A DNA stretch of 64,000 bases. Origin: Syntrophales bacterium (GTDB lineage Bacteria; Desulfobacterota; Syntrophia; Syntrophales; UBA6807). How positions within the stretch are numbered: the first letter of the stretch is position 1; each line of letters starts with the position of its first letter. A model generated the notes under the pieces. It saw only the letters and a list, made by a program, of their open reading frames with translations. It was not told where the DNA came from and made no database searches. This document shows positions 46,300 through 57,453 of this stretch, one piece after another. The stretch is taken from assembly GCA_040767195.1 (NCBI GenBank), contig JAXGPA010000002.1:160001-224000 (forward strand), read 5' to 3'. Both the position numbers and the translations under genes were made by a program.

Positions 46300-47537
46300 C
46301 CCCGGGTGAGGCCTTCGGGAACCCGCCCCAGGACGGCCGCGGAAAGCGCTTCGGGGCGGAACATCTCCCCGGCCACCCGCCGGATGTCCTCGTCGGTGAT
46401 GCCGTCGATGCGGGCGAGAACCTCCTCCACGGAAATCTGCTTCCTGAAGATCATTTCATTCCGGGCGATCCGGGACATCCGGGCGTCCGTGCTTTCCATG
46501 CTGAGGAGAAAGCTCCCCTTCATCTGGTCCTTTCCCGACCGGATCTCTCTTTCCGTCAGGCTTTCCCGGCAGAGTTTCGTGAGCTCCGCCGACACCAGCC
46601 CGGAAACCTCCCGGACCCGCTCCGCCTCGGTTCCGAAATGGACGCCGAACCAGCCCGCGTCGCTGTACGGGACGATGAAGGAGTGGATGGAATAGACGAG
46701 CCCCCGCTTCTCGCGAATCTCCTGGAAAAGCCGGGAACTCATGCTGCCGCCGAGAACGAGGTTGATCAGCATGGCCGGAAACCGGTCCGGGTCCGCGGCG
46801 CAGGGCCCCGGGGATCCCATGAGAACGTGCACCTGTTCCAGGTTTTTCTCCTGGAGAAAAAGGTCCCCGGTAACGGCGGGCGGCCCGTTCACCGCCTCGG
46901 CGACCCCGCCCGGGGAAACCCCGAGCCGCTTTTCCACCTGCTCCACGAAGGGGCCGTGCTTCAGGTTCCCCGCTGCGGCCACGACGATGTTCCCCCCGCG
47001 GTATCTCCGGGAAAAGAAATCGATCACCCTGCCGCGGTCGAACCCCTCCACGGATTCCCGGTTCCCGAGGACGGAACGGCGCAGGGGGTGGCCCTTCCAG
47101 AAATTGAGCTCGAAGAAGTCGTGGATGTAGTCGTCCGGCGTGTCCTCCACCATCTTGATCTCCTGGAGGACGACGAATTTCTCCTTCTCCAGCTCCAGGG
47201 GGTCGAAAAGGGCATTCCGGAGAAGGTCGCACAGGAGGTCCAGGGCACCCCCGGTGTAGTAGTCGGGGACCTTGGCGTAGTAAGAGGTCCATTCCTTTCC
47301 CGTGCAGGCGTTCAGCACCCCCCCTACGGAATCGATTTCCGAGGCGATGTCGAAAGCGGTCCGGTTCGTCGTCCCCTTGAAGAGGAGGTGCTCGATGAAA
47401 TGGGCGACCCCGCTCGTCGGCTCGTCCTCGTGGCGGGAGCCGCTTGACACCCAGGCACCGATGGACACGGACCGGACATGCTCGATCTCTTCCGTGATGA
47501 CGCGAACCCCGTTAGGAAGAACGGTCTTCTCGGTCAT
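46287..47537 (-). CDS. M16-family zinc peptidase
   Basis: HFIEHLLFKGT (inverted HxxEH) and SSRLFQEIREKRGLVYS. Confidence 0.92.
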   Translation of the reverse strand: MTEKTVLPNGVRVITEEIEHVRSVSIGAWVSSGSRHEDEPTSGVAHFIEHLLFKGTTNRTAFDIASEIDSVGGVLNACTGKEWTSYYAKVPDYYTGGALDLLCDLLRNALFDPLELEKEKFVVLQEIKMVEDTPDDYIHDFFELNFWKGHPLRRSVLGNRESVEGFDRGRVIDFFSRRYRGGNIVVAAAGNLKHGPFVEQVEKRLGVSPGGVAEAVNGPPAVTGDLFLQEKNLEQVHVLMGSPGPCAADPDRFPAMLINLVLGGSMSSRLFQEIREKRGLVYSIHSFIVPYSDAGWFGVHFGTEAERVREVSGLVSAELTKLCRESLTEREIRSGKDQMKGSFLLSMESTDARMSRIARNEMIFRKQISVEEVLARIDGITDEDIRRVAGEMFRPEALSAAVLGRVPEGLTRGCLA

Positions 47538-49647
47538 TCTCGCTCAGGGCTTCCTTCCGGCTCAGGCGTATCTTGCCCGCCTTGTCGATATCCAGGACCT
47601 TGACGGGGATCTTGTCCCCTTCCCGGACCACGTCGGTGACGCTCTGAACCCGCCGCTTGTCCAGCTGGGAAATGTGAACGAGGCCCTCCGTTCCCGGGAG
47701 AATTTCGACGAAGGCGCCGAAATCGACGACCTTCTTCACCGTTCCGAGATAGATCTTACCGATTTCCGCCTCCTCGGTGAGCCACTTCACCATGGCGATA
47801 GCCTTGGCCGCCGCCGCCGCGTCGTTCGACGCGATGGTCACCGTCCCGTCGTCCTCCACGTCGATGACCACGCCCGTCTCGGCGACGATCTGGCGGATGT
47901 TCTTCCCGCCGCTGCCGATGACGTCGCGGATCCGTTCCGGCTTCACCTTGAGGGTGGTGATCCGCGGCGCGTAGACGGAGAGATCCACCCTTGGCTCGGA
48001 AATGGCCGCCTGCATCCTGTCGATGATGAAGAACCGGGCCGCCCGGGCCTGGGTGAGGGCACGGCGGATGATGTCCGCAGTGATCCCGTGGATCTTGATG
48101 TCCATCTGCATGGCCGTGATGCCTTTTTTCGTCCCGCAGACCTTAAAGTCCATGTCGCCGGCGTGGTCCTCGTCCCCCAGGATGTCCGAGAGGATGACCA
48201 CCTCGTCCCCCTCCTTGAGGAGCCCCATGGCGATGCCCGCCACCGTGTCCTTCACGGGGACCCCGGCGTCCATGAGGGACAGGGACCCGCTGCAGACGGT
48301 GGCCATGGAGGAAGACCCGTTGGACGAAAGGATTTCCGAAACGATGCGGATCGTGTAAGGGAATTCCTCGGCGTCGGGCAGGATGGGCAGAAGGGCCCGC
48401 CGGGCCAGGGCGCCGTGTCCGATTTCCCGGCGGCCGGGCCCTCGGAGCATCCGGGCTTCGCCGACGGAAAAGGGCGGGAAGTTGTAGTGCAGGAGGAAAG
48501 ACCGGAATTCCTCGCCGGTGATCCAGTCGAGGCGCTGCTCGTCGGAGGAGGTCCCCAGGGTGACAACGGCGAGCGACTGGGTTTCGCCCCGGGTGAAGAG
48601 GGCGGAACCGTGTGTCCGCGGCAAGAGGCCCACCTCGCAGGTGATGGCCCGCACCTCGTCGTAGGGCCGGCCATCGATTCGGCTCTTGTCGTTTATGATC
48701 TTTTCCCGGAGCACTTTCTTGTTCATTTCCTCGAGCACTGCTTTCGCCGCCGGGAGGACCGCTCCTTCCCGGGCGCCGAAATCCGCGGTGACGTCGTCCC
48801 TGACGGCATCCAGCCGGGCTTCCCGTTCCATCTTGTCGGAGGTCGAGAAGGCCTCCCGGAGAGGTCCCCGGACCCGGCTCTCCACCTCCTCCCGAAGGGC
48901 GGCGTCGATGGCCGGGGGCTTGAATTCGATTTTCTTCTTTCCAATGGCACGGACCATTTCGTCCTGGAGATCCATGACGGGACGGAGGTTTTCAAGGCCG
49001 AACGCGATGGCCTCGATGAGCCGGTCCTCCTCGATCTCCCGGGCCCCGCCCTCGAGCATGACCAGGTTGATGTCGTAATCCTTTTCGGAAGAACCGCCGG
49101 CGATTTTTCTGCCGGTGAGGAAAATGTCCACATCGCTCTTCTCGAGGAGGGAAACGGACGGGTTGGCAACCGGGCGGCCGTCCAGCATTCCTACCCGGAT
49201 ACCCGCCACGGGACCGGTGAAGGGGATGTCCGAAACGGCCAGGGCGGCGGACGCGCCGAGCATGGCCGCCACGTCGGAGCCGCTTTCCGGGTCCAGGGAG
49301 AGGACCGTGGCCACGATCTGGGTCTCCTGGAAGAACCCTTTCGGGAACAGGGGCCGGATGGACCGGTCGATCATCCGCGAGGTCAGGATCTCCCGCTCGT
49401 TGGGGCGGCCCTCCCGCTTGAAGAAGCCGCCGGGGATTTTTCCGGCGGCGAAGGTCATCTCCTGGTAATCCACGGTCAGGGGGAAGAAGTCGATGTTCTC
49501 CCGCATGGCCTTGTGGCTCACCGCCGTAACAAGGACGACCGTCTCCCCGTACGTGACGAGAACCCCGGCGTTGGCGCGCCGGGCGACATAGTCCGTCTTG
49601 ATGGATATGGGTTTCCCCGCGAAATCCGCTGTGAACACGTCACTCAT
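47512..49647 (-). CDS. pnp: Polyribonucleotide nucleotidyltransferase
   Basis: RREIGHG, SNGSSSMA, GDMDFKV, and KH and S1 domains. Confidence 0.97.
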   Translation of the reverse strand: MSDVFTADFAGKPISIKTDYVARRANAGVLVTYGETVVLVTAVSHKAMRENIDFFPLTVDYQEMTFAAGKIPGGFFKREGRPNEREILTSRMIDRSIRPLFPKGFFQETQIVATVLSLDPESGSDVAAMLGASAALAVSDIPFTGPVAGIRVGMLDGRPVANPSVSLLEKSDVDIFLTGRKIAGGSSEKDYDINLVMLEGGAREIEEDRLIEAIAFGLENLRPVMDLQDEMVRAIGKKKIEFKPPAIDAALREEVESRVRGPLREAFSTSDKMEREARLDAVRDDVTADFGAREGAVLPAAKAVLEEMNKKVLREKIINDKSRIDGRPYDEVRAITCEVGLLPRTHGSALFTRGETQSLAVVTLGTSSDEQRLDWITGEEFRSFLLHYNFPPFSVGEARMLRGPGRREIGHGALARRALLPILPDAEEFPYTIRIVSEILSSNGSSSMATVCSGSLSLMDAGVPVKDTVAGIAMGLLKEGDEVVILSDILGDEDHAGDMDFKVCGTKKGITAMQMDIKIHGITADIIRRALTQARAARFFIIDRMQAAISEPRVDLSVYAPRITTLKVKPERIRDVIGSGGKNIRQIVAETGVVIDVEDDGTVTIASNDAAAAAKAIAMVKWLTEEAEIGKIYLGTVKKVVDFGAFVEILPGTEGLVHISQLDKRRVQSVTDVVREGDKIPVKVLDIDKAGKIRLSRKEALSENDREDRSS

Positions 49648-49683
49648 TTCGTTTTTTCACCTTTCCTGTCCTTTGGTCTTCCT

Positions 49684-49950
49684 CTACCGCCTGATCCCGA
49701 GCCGCTGAATGACCGTCCGATACCGCTCCATGTCCTTCTTTTTCAGATAATCGAGGAGTTTCCTTCTCTGGCCGACCAGCTTGAGCAGCCCCCGGCGGGA
49801 GTGATGGTCTTTTTTATGCACCTTGAAATGTTCCGTCAGGTATTCGATGCGGGCGCTCAACAGGGCGATCTGGACCTCCGGAGAGCCGGTGTCGCTATCC
49901 CCTCGCTTGAACGCATCGATGATTTCCTTTTTCCTTGCCAGTTCTAACAC
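49684..49950 (-). CDS. rpsO: 30S ribosomal protein S15
   Basis: [12 protein letters not shown] and [17 protein letters not shown] start at 49950. Confidence 0.95.
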   Translation of the reverse strand: MLELARKKEIIDAFKRGDSDTGSPEVQIALLSARIEYLTEHFKVHKKDHHSRRGLLKLVGQRRKLLDYLKKKDMERYRTVIQRLGIRR

Positions 49951-50038
49951 CTCTTTTCTTCCTCCCTCTTCGATGAATTCTTTTTTTACCGATCCGATAT
50001 GGGGGCTTCCCGGTCTGGGAATCCCCGGACGGCCTTCC

Positions 50039-50959
50039 TCAGCGGAAGACCCGGACAATTCGTATGGCCCTATCCCCCGCCCTCTTTTCATCGGGCGGGT
50101 CCTCGATCTTTCCGATGGCGACGACCCGGCTTTCCTCGGAGAGAAACTGTATCAGATTTCCTTTTTCAAGAAAAGGAAGAACTTGCTTTTTCAGGGATTC
50201 TTCCGTCGGGGGACGGCCGTTCCGAATCCGCTTCTCCGTTTCTTCGTCCACCATGAGAGACGGCATGTGCCCGAGGGCCCTTTCCAGGGAGATCACGTTC
50301 CGCTCCAGGGAAGCCCTTTTCCCCTCCCTTCCCAGTCCCTGGAGCGACAGGGCGTCCCGTTCCCCGAAACGGCCGCTCCGGGTTCTGCGAAGGGCGACGA
50401 CGGCGGCACCGCACCCGAGTTTCCGGCCCAGGTCCGAGCACAGGGACCGGACGTAGGTCCCCTTGGCGCAGTGTATGAAAAAAGTCCCGAAGGGGGCTTC
50501 GAAGCGAAGCAGGTCGAAACGGTAGACCGTCACCGTCCGAGCGGGCGGCTCCAGGGCCACCCCCTTGCGGGCCCACCGGTGCAGGGGCCTGCCCTGTACC
50601 TTGACGGCGGAGTACCGCGGCGGTACCTGGACCAGGGTCCCCCGGAACGCCGGCAGGGCTTCCAGGAGGTCCTCCTCCCCGAAATCCACGGGGCGGATGG
50701 CCAGGACTGTCCCCTCCCCGTCGAAGGTGTCCGTTTCAACGCCGAACCGGGCGGTGACCACGTACTCCTTGTCGTCGTCTGTGAGAAACGGGACGAGTTT
50801 CGTCGCCTCGCCGACACAGACGGGGAGAACGCCCGAAGCCAGGGGGTCGAGGGTGCCCGTGTGCCCCGCCTTCCGGGTTCCCACAAGTCCCCGGACCTCC
50901 CGGACGACATCGAAGGACGTCCGGCCCGTTGGCTTGTCGATGACGATGATCCCGTTCAT
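50039..50959 (-). CDS. truB: tRNA pseudouridine(55) synthase
   Basis: [14 protein letters not shown] and KGTYVRSL. Start MNGII at 50959. Confidence 0.95.
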   Translation of the reverse strand: MNGIIVIDKPTGRTSFDVVREVRGLVGTRKAGHTGTLDPLASGVLPVCVGEATKLVPFLTDDDKEYVVTARFGVETDTFDGEGTVLAIRPVDFGEEDLLEALPAFRGTLVQVPPRYSAVKVQGRPLHRWARKGVALEPPARTVTVYRFDLLRFEAPFGTFFIHCAKGTYVRSLCSDLGRKLGCGAAVVALRRTRSGRFGERDALSLQGLGREGKRASLERNVISLERALGHMPSLMVDEETEKRIRNGRPPTEESLKKQVLPFLEKGNLIQFLSEESRVVAIGKIEDPPDEKRAGDRAIRIVRVFR

Positions 50960-51918
50960 GGAAGCGCCTTTCCGATGGCCCGGAGAATTTTCCGCCGGAC
51001 CTCCCCGAGAGGCCCCGGGATGGTGCAGGCGGCGGCGTTCACGTGTCCGCCCCCCCCGAATTCCCGGGTTATCTTCTCCACGTCCACCTTGTCCTTGGAC
51101 CGGAAGCTCACCTTGCATTCCCCCGTGGAAAGCTCCCGGATCAGGGCGGCCACCTCGACCCCCTCGATCATTCGGATCATGTCCACGAAACCCTCCGTGT
51201 GTTCCGGGAGGGCGGCCAGGTCGTCGAGCATCTTTCCCGTTACGTGGGCGATGCCCGCCCGCCCCTCGAAAAAAACCTTCAGGGTTCCCAGGACCCGGCC
51301 CAGGAGCTGCATCTGGACAAGGGGTTTCGTCTCGTACACCCGCTCGGCGATCCAGCGGGGATCGGCCCCCGAGGCCACCAGTTCGGCGGCCACCCGGAAG
51401 GTGTCGCTCCCCGTGTTGGAATATCGGAAAGACCCCGTGTCGGTCATGACCGCCGTGTAGAGGTTCGTGGCCGCTTCCGGCGGGACTTTCCCGAGAAGTT
51501 CCACGATGAGCCCGTAAAGGATCTCGCCCGTGGACCCCGCGGCGGGGCGGACGAGAGACCACTCGGTGAACGAGTCGTTGGAAATGTGGTGATCGATGTT
51601 GACCACCGTCTTCATGGCGCCGATACGCCCGGCTTCCCGGCCCACCCGTTCCAGCTCGCTGCAGTCGAGGACGAAAGCGGCGTCGAACCTTTCCAGCGAG
51701 TCGAGGGTGTGGACGATGATGTCGGAACCGGGAAGGAAGCGGTAGGCTTCGGGAATCCTGTCCTCGTTGTACACCAGGGCGGTCTTCCCCAGCCGCCGCA
51801 GCGTGTGGTAGAGGGCCAGCTCGGAACCGACGGCATCCCCATCGAGGCGCACGTGGGAGGTGATCAGGAAAGCCCGGTTCTTCCGAACGATGTCAAGGAT
51901 TTTCTTCTCTATCGTCAC
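50956..51918 (-). CDS. nrnA: DHH-DHHA1 oligoribonuclease / pAp phosphatase (NrnA-like)
   Basis: DGDAVGS, IDHH, TDTGSF and GGGGH..AA; lies between rbfA and truB. Confidence 0.88.
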   Translation of the reverse strand: MTIEKKILDIVRKNRAFLITSHVRLDGDAVGSELALYHTLRRLGKTALVYNEDRIPEAYRFLPGSDIIVHTLDSLERFDAAFVLDCSELERVGREAGRIGAMKTVVNIDHHISNDSFTEWSLVRPAAGSTGEILYGLIVELLGKVPPEAATNLYTAVMTDTGSFRYSNTGSDTFRVAAELVASGADPRWIAERVYETKPLVQMQLLGRVLGTLKVFFEGRAGIAHVTGKMLDDLAALPEHTEGFVDMIRMIEGVEVAALIRELSTGECKVSFRSKDKVDVEKITREFGGGGHVNAAACTIPGPLGEVRRKILRAIGKALP

Positions 51919-52264
51919 TGCTTTCCTTCCGGATCTCCATGAAGAGTTTTTCCATGCGCTGGCCCCGGGCGAAGACCTCGTCGAAATAAAAATGAATCTC
52001 CGGGACAAAGCGGAGTCTCAGCTGTCTGCCCAGGTTCCGCCGAAAATAGGGCGTCGCCTTTTCCAGGCCTTTCCGGACATCGTCGGTCACCGAATCCTGC
52101 CCGAGGGGGACGAAGTAGATCTTGGCAATCCTGAGATCGTCGGTCACCCGGACGCCGGTAATGGTCACATTCCGGACCCTCGGGTCCCCGATGTCCCGGA
52201 CAAGAATCCGGTTGATTTCCTCCCGGATCAGGTCGGCGACCCGTTCGGCCCGTTTAAAGGTCAT
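51893..52264 (-). CDS. rbfA: Ribosome-binding factor A
   Basis: DPRV..VTIT.V....DL..AKIY and LRFVPEIHF. Confidence 0.93.
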   Translation of the reverse strand: MTFKRAERVADLIREEINRILVRDIGDPRVRNVTITGVRVTDDLRIAKIYFVPLGQDSVTDDVRKGLEKATPYFRRNLGRQLRLRFVPEIHFYFDEVFARGQRMEKLFMEIRKESSDDREENP

Positions 52265-52595
52265 CGTATTTTTCTTCCTGGTAACGCTTGCCGCCCTCGA
52301 ACGTGCCGGAAAGGTGAATCAGCTCAGTCCGGGTGTTCACCACCTGGGCCAGCCCCATTTCCTCGATGAAGGCGCAAATCTTGTCCGTCACGGAACGGAT
52401 GAAGGACGTCTCGTTTCCCACCACGGCGAAGCCGATGACGGCCCGTTTCCAGTGGTCCTGGCTGTCCACCTCGGCGACGGAGACATGGTAGGTGTTCCTG
52501 ACCCGGCTGAGGATCCGCCGGAGCACGCCCCTTTTTTCCTTCAGGGAGCGGCTCTCCACGATGTAGAGCTCGATGACCGCCGTTCCGACAACCAT
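52254..52595 (-). CDS. DUF503 (YlxP-like) protein
   Basis: SLKEKR, VSVAEV..QD; lies between infB and rbfA. Confidence 0.88.
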   Translation of the reverse strand: MVVGTAVIELYIVESRSLKEKRGVLRRILSRVRNTYHVSVAEVDSQDHWKRAVIGFAVVGNETSFIRSVTDKICAFIEEMGLAQVVNTRTELIHLSGTFEGGKRYQEEKYDDL

Positions 52596-52602
52596 GGGAC
52601 CC

Positions 52603-55239
52603 TCACAGGGGCTTACGGGCCACCTCTTCCTTCACGTATGTCTCTAAGACGTCGCCGACCTTGATGTCATTGTAGTTCTCGAGACCGATGCCGCACTCGT
52701 ACCCGGAAACGACTTCCCGGGCGTCTTCCTTGAAGCGCTTGAGGGAAAGGATTTTCCCGTCGTACACGACGACGCCTTCCCGGATCAGGCGGATGCCGGC
52801 GTTCCGGGACACCTTGCCGTCGATGACGTAGCAGCCGGCGACGGTGCCTACCCGGGGAACCCGGAAGAGCTCACGCACCTCCGCGTGGCCCTGGGTCACG
52901 TCCTGGAAAAGGGGTTCCAGAAGGCCTTCCATGGCCGCCTTCACCTCGGCGATGACGTCATAGATGATCTCGTAGAGCTTGATCTCCACCCCTTCCCTCT
53001 CGGCGATTTCAAGGACCCGGGAATCGGGGCGGACCTTGAACCCGATGATCAGGGCGTCGGAGGCCGAGGCGAGCATGACGTCCGTTTCCGTCACCGCGCC
53101 TGTGGAGCTGTGGATGACCCGGACCCGGACATCCTCCGTCCCGATTTTCTGAAGGGCTTCCGACAGGGCCTCCACGGACCCCTGGACGTCGGCCTTGAGG
53201 ATGACGTTCAGTTCCTTCGCCCCTTCCCGTATCCGCGCATAAAGCTGTTCCAGGGTGACCTTGGACGTCTGGGACAGCTCCTTTTCCCGTTCCTTCAGGA
53301 TCCAGTGCCCGGCGATGTCCCGGGCCTTCCGGTCGTCCTCGACGACATTGAATTCGAGCCCCGCCTGGGGGACGCCGGAGAATCCGATCACCTCGACGGG
53401 CATGGAGGGCCCCGCCTCCTTCAGCCGGTTTCCCTTGTCGTCGACGAGGGCCCGGACCTTGCCGTACTCGGTCCGGGAAACGAAGGCATCGCCCTCCCGG
53501 ATCGTTCCGGCCTGGATGATGACCGTCGCCACGGGACCCCGCCCGCGGTCGATCTTGGACTCGATGATGATTCCCCGGGCCGGTCGGTCCGGATCGGCCT
53601 TGAGCTCGAGAATGTCCGCCTGGAGCAGGATGAGTTCGAGAAGATCCTCGATTCCCGTGTGCTGTTTCGCCGACACGGGGGCGAAAATCGTCTCGCCGCC
53701 CCAGTCCTCGGGCACCAGCCCCAGGTCGGCGAGTTTCTGCTTGATCTGGTCCGGTTTCGCCCCGGCCTTGTCCATCTTGTTCATGGCCACGATGATGGGA
53801 ACCCCGGCGGCCTTGGAGTGGTTGATGGCCTCCACGGTCTGATCCATGACGCCGTCGTCGGCGGCGACGACGAGGACCACGATGTCCGTCACCTGGGCGC
53901 CCCGGGCCCGCATGGAGGTAAAGGCCTCGTGTCCCGGCGTGTCCAGGAAGACGATGTCGCGGTCGTGAATCCGGACATGGTGGGCCCCGATGGCCTGGGT
54001 GATGCCGCCCGCCTCCCCGTCAATGACATGGGTCTGGCGGATGGCATCGAGCAGGGAGGTCTTCCCGTGGTCCACGTGTCCCATGACCGTCACCACGGGC
54101 GCCCTCGGCCTGAGCTTCTCGGGACGGACGTCGTCGACGGGGGCGAAGCCCTCCATGTCCACGGCCACCGACTCGACCTGGTACCCGAACTCGCTGCTCA
54201 CCACGGAAGCCACGTCGGCGTCGATGTACTGGTTGATGGTCACCATCATTCCCATGGAAATGAGCTTCTGAATGACATCGCTGGCTTTCACGCCCATTTT
54301 CTTGGCCAGGTCGCCGACCCGGATGGCCTCGTCCACCTTGATTCTCCTTTTGATCGCCTTGGGCGTCGTGATTTCCGTTTTCTTCATCCGGACGACGGCG
54401 GCTTCCCGCTTTCTTTCCGCCCTCGTCGCCGGTTCCTCCACCTCTTCCCGCATGAGGACGCGCAACGGCTTCTTTTCGCCCCGGGGCGCCTTGGCCGCCG
54501 CTTTCTTCCGTGCCGGTGTTTCTCCCATGACAACTTCCACGGGCTTTTTCTTCTTGCCGGGCTTTTCCTTTTCGGGCGGGACCTTCCTGGCTTCCGCCGC
54601 CCCGGCCGCCGGGGGCTTCGCCGCCGCCGGCTCCCCTTTCGCCGCCGTGGGCGCGGCCGCCTCGGGGATTCTCTTTTCCGCCGGCGGCGCCGCCGGCGGT
54701 TTCACCTCGGGCCGCATCGCCTCCGGGACCTCGCCCGGCGGCTCGGAAACGGGCGCCGCCTTTTCGGCGGCCTCCTCCCGGACCCGCTTTTCCGCCGCCG
54801 CGCTTTCCACCGGCTTCGCTCCCGGTTCGGGAATCCCCGGTGCCGCCGGGACCTCCTCGGGTTTCGCCTCTTCTTCCGAAACGGGCTCACCCGGGGGGGC
54901 CGCTTCCGCCGCCTTTTCCGCCACCGGCGGTCCGGCGGGTTCCGCCGCGGCTTCCTCCGGCAGCTCCTCGGCGCCTTCCGCCGGCGCCGCCTCTTCGGGG
55001 GGCGCCGCTTCCGGGGGACGGACGGCCCGTCGCCGTATCACCGTCGACTTGACGCGCTCTTCAATGACCTTGCTTCGTTTTCCCAGGGAGAATTCCTCCC
55101 GGACCCGACTGACCTCGTGATCCTCCAGGGTGCTCGAGTGCGACTTGACGGCAATGCCGAGTTTCTCCAACCTGGAAATCAGCTCCTTGTTTTCCATGTT
55201 GAATTCTTTCGCCAGTTCGTACACTCTTGTCTTGGCCAT
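52603..55239 (-). CDS. infB: Translation initiation factor IF-2
   Basis: [20 protein letters not shown] and DTPGHEAF. Confidence 0.97.
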   Translation of the reverse strand: MAKTRVYELAKEFNMENKELISRLEKLGIAVKSHSSTLEDHEVSRVREEFSLGKRSKVIEERVKSTVIRRRAVRPPEAAPPEEAAPAEGAEELPEEAAAEPAGPPVAEKAAEAAPPGEPVSEEEAKPEEVPAAPGIPEPGAKPVESAAAEKRVREEAAEKAAPVSEPPGEVPEAMRPEVKPPAAPPAEKRIPEAAAPTAAKGEPAAAKPPAAGAAEARKVPPEKEKPGKKKKPVEVVMGETPARKKAAAKAPRGEKKPLRVLMREEVEEPATRAERKREAAVVRMKKTEITTPKAIKRRIKVDEAIRVGDLAKKMGVKASDVIQKLISMGMMVTINQYIDADVASVVSSEFGYQVESVAVDMEGFAPVDDVRPEKLRPRAPVVTVMGHVDHGKTSLLDAIRQTHVIDGEAGGITQAIGAHHVRIHDRDIVFLDTPGHEAFTSMRARGAQVTDIVVLVVAADDGVMDQTVEAINHSKAAGVPIIVAMNKMDKAGAKPDQIKQKLADLGLVPEDWGGETIFAPVSAKQHTGIEDLLELILLQADILELKADPDRPARGIIIESKIDRGRGPVATVIIQAGTIREGDAFVSRTEYGKVRALVDDKGNRLKEAGPSMPVEVIGFSGVPQAGLEFNVVEDDRKARDIAGHWILKEREKELSQTSKVTLEQLYARIREGAKELNVILKADVQGSVEALSEALQKIGTEDVRVRVIHSSTGAVTETDVMLASASDALIIGFKVRPDSRVLEIAEREGVEIKLYEIIYDVIAEVKAAMEGLLEPLFQDVTQGHAEVRELFRVPRVGTVAGCYVIDGKVSRNAGIRLIREGVVVYDGKILSLKRFKEDAREVVSGYECGIGLENYNDIKVGDVLETYVKEEVARKPL

Positions 55240-55268
55240 ACTTGGACACTCCTCGAAGGCTCTTTTTC

Positions 55269-56540
55269 TTAGGGCGACGTTTCCTTTGCCGCCGTCTCCT
55301 CGTCAATCAGCCTGACCGCTTCCTGGACCCATTTCTGGGCCAGTTCTTTACTGATTCCCGTAGCGGATGTCAACATTTCCAGGTCCGACGACGCGATCAT
55401 GGCGACGGTTTTGAATCCATCCTGCCACAGCTGTTCCGCCACCCGCTCCTCCATGCCCGGAAGCCGCATGAGATCCTTCGGTCCCGGCTCTTCCGTCTTC
55501 TCGAGCCTGGATTTGCTCTTCACGTCGATTTTCCAGCCCGTGAGCCTGGCGGCGAGGCGGACGTTCTGACCGCTCTTGCCGATGGCCAGGGAAAGCTGAT
55601 CGTCCGGAACGATCACCTCCATGGCGTGCTGGTCGTCGTACATGAGCACCCGGTCCACCTTGGCCGGGGACAGGGCGTTGCACACGTACTGGACCGGGTC
55701 GTTGACGAAGGGAACGATGTCGATCTTTTCGCCTTTCAGTTCCTGGACGACGCTCTGCACCCGGGCCCCCCGGACCCCGACGCAGGCCCCCACGGGGTCG
55801 ATGTCCTTTTCCCGGGTCCTCACGGCGATCTTGGAACGGTTGCCCGGTTCCCGGGCCACGCCCACGATCTCGATCAGGTTCTCGGAAATCTCGGGGACCT
55901 CCAGCTCGAAGAGGGACTTGAGAAAGTTCGGGTGGGTCCTGGAAAGAACAATCTGGGGGCCCTTCAGGGTCTTGCGGACATCGGACACGTAGGCCCGCAC
56001 CCGCTCCCCTCTCTTGTAGATTTCACGGGAAATCTGCTCCGAGGTGGGAAGAATGCCTTCCGTCCGGCCGAGGTTCACGATGATGTTCCCCTGCTCGAAG
56101 CGCTGGACGAAACCGCTGATGATTTCTCCCTTCCTGTCCTTGTACTCATCGTAGATCTTGTCCCGCTCGGCGTCCCGGACTTTCTGGATGATGATCTGCC
56201 GCGCCGTCTGCACGGCGATGCGGCCGAAGGAACTCGTGTCGAGCTTCATCCCCAGGCTGTCGCCGAGCTCCGCCTCCTCGTCCAGGGTCTCCCGGGCTTC
56301 CTCGAGGGAAACCTGCGTGTCATCGTGGATCACCTTGTCGACGACGGTCTTGAACTGGAAGACCTCTATCTCCCCGGCCTCGTCATTGTACTGAACCTCG
56401 AGTATCAGATCCTGCCCGAGTTTTTTTCTCGCCGCGGAAAGAACGGCGGAATTCAGAGCCTCGATGATCAGCTCCTTGTCAATCCCCTTTTCCTTTCCCA
56501 TCTGCTCGATGAGGCGTTTCAATTCCGGAAGTACCATCAT
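55269..56540 (-). CDS. nusA: Transcription termination/antitermination factor NusA
   Basis: [12 protein letters not shown]1/KH domains and [13 protein letters not shown]. Confidence 0.96.
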   Translation of the reverse strand: MMVLPELKRLIEQMGKEKGIDKELIIEALNSAVLSAARKKLGQDLILEVQYNDEAGEIEVFQFKTVVDKVIHDDTQVSLEEARETLDEEAELGDSLGMKLDTSSFGRIAVQTARQIIIQKVRDAERDKIYDEYKDRKGEIISGFVQRFEQGNIIVNLGRTEGILPTSEQISREIYKRGERVRAYVSDVRKTLKGPQIVLSRTHPNFLKSLFELEVPEISENLIEIVGVAREPGNRSKIAVRTREKDIDPVGACVGVRGARVQSVVQELKGEKIDIVPFVNDPVQYVCNALSPAKVDRVLMYDDQHAMEVIVPDDQLSLAIGKSGQNVRLAARLTGWKIDVKSKSRLEKTEEPGPKDLMRLPGMEERVAEQLWQDGFKTVAMIASSDLEMLTSATGISKELAQKWVQEAVRLIDEETAAKETSP

Positions 56541-56663
56541 GCCCTCCCACTGATCGACGATTCACCGTATTTCACGGGCTCGTGCAAAAGCCCGGAAACT
56601 CCTTTTTTCAATGCGACGCGCCCGTCACAGGGGCTCGAAACGTATCCCTTCCGGGCCTCTTCG

Positions 56664-57197
56664 TCAGATCTCATAATCCAGCCTGGCCCTCACCACGTGT
56701 TCCCGGGGAATCCGGTGGGTCCGCCCGTCCAGTTCGATGACGATCCATCGGGACGGCCCGTCTTCCATGTAATCGATAAGCCTGCCCGCGAAATTTTTCC
56801 GACCCTCCAGGGGTTCCCGGAGCTTCAGGCGGACCGGCGACCCACGGTGCTTCAGGAAATCCTCGTCCCGGACCAGGGGGCGGTCCAGGCCCGGTGACGA
56901 CACCTCGAGCAGGTAAGGTCCCGGGGGCACGTCATGGGCGTTCAGGATGTCCCCGATCTCGTGGCTCACCGCGGCGCAGTCGTCCACGGTCACACCGCCC
57001 TCGCGGTCCATGTAGATCCGGACAAGCCAGCGGGAAGGCATGCGAAGACACTCTACCTCCACGAGTTCCAGGCCCTGGGAGTGGAGAACGGGGTCCACGA
57101 GAGCCATGATCCTCTCCCGGTGGCGTTTCCCCCCGTCTTCCGTCGTCCCGCCGCCCTTTTTCCCGATGCTCTCTCTTTTGCCTTTCGTCCCTTTCAT
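56664..57197 (-). CDS. rimP: Ribosome maturation factor RimP
   Basis: GGVTVDDC and YLLEVSSPGLDRPL. Start uncertain. Confidence 0.92.
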   Translation of the reverse strand: MKGTKGKRESIGKKGGGTTEDGGKRHRERIMALVDPVLHSQGLELVEVECLRMPSRWLVRIYMDREGGVTVDDCAAVSHEIGDILNAHDVPPGPYLLEVSSPGLDRPLVRDEDFLKHRGSPVRLKLREPLEGRKNFAGRLIDYMEDGPSRWIVIELDGRTHRIPREHVVRARLDYEI

Positions 57198-57231
57198 CGA
57201 CGGAAAACGGCCGGGCAAACGGGTTACCCGA

Positions 57232-57260
57232 TAAAATAAAAAAGTGGGCAAAGCCCACTT
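57232..57260 (-). promoter_or_regulatory. Terminator-like hairpin in the rimP leader
   Basis: AAGTGGGC-TTT-GCCCACTT followed by TTTATTTT, between tRNA-Gly and rimP. Confidence 0.55.
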
Positions 57261-57323
57261 CCCGAAAAAACAGCGCCGATCAGAATCCCTGTAACACAGA
57301 ATCAGGGAAAACACAATCAAAAA

Positions 57324-57398
57324 TGGAGCGGGCGATGGGAATCGAACCCACGACGTCCAGCTTGGGAAGCTGACATTCTACCGCTGAATTACGCCCGC
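57324..57398 (-). tRNA. tRNA-Gly (CCC)
   Basis: GCGGGCGTAATTCAGCGGTAGAATGTCAGCTTCCCAAGCTGGACGTCGTGGGTTCGATTCCCATCGCCCGCTCCA: cloverleaf, anticodon CCC, encoded CCA. Confidence 0.97.
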
Positions 57399-57453
57399 CT
57401 CGATGGATCCCTTTTTTCAGGGATTCCCTGTTTGCACGAAATTGCCCATTTTG

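Noticed and set aside
54540..55020. Ala/Pro/Glu-rich repetitive stretch
   Set aside because: The normal variable N-terminal linker of IF-2.
56571..56615. ACGGGCTCGTGCAAAAGCCCGG, faintly similar to the MITE-like element end
   Set aside because: Too short and degenerate to call. It may simply be an intercistronic hairpin between rimP and nusA.
57324..57398. tRNA-Gly as a possible integration site
   Set aside because: No integrase, duplicated tRNA 3' end or foreign genes on either side.
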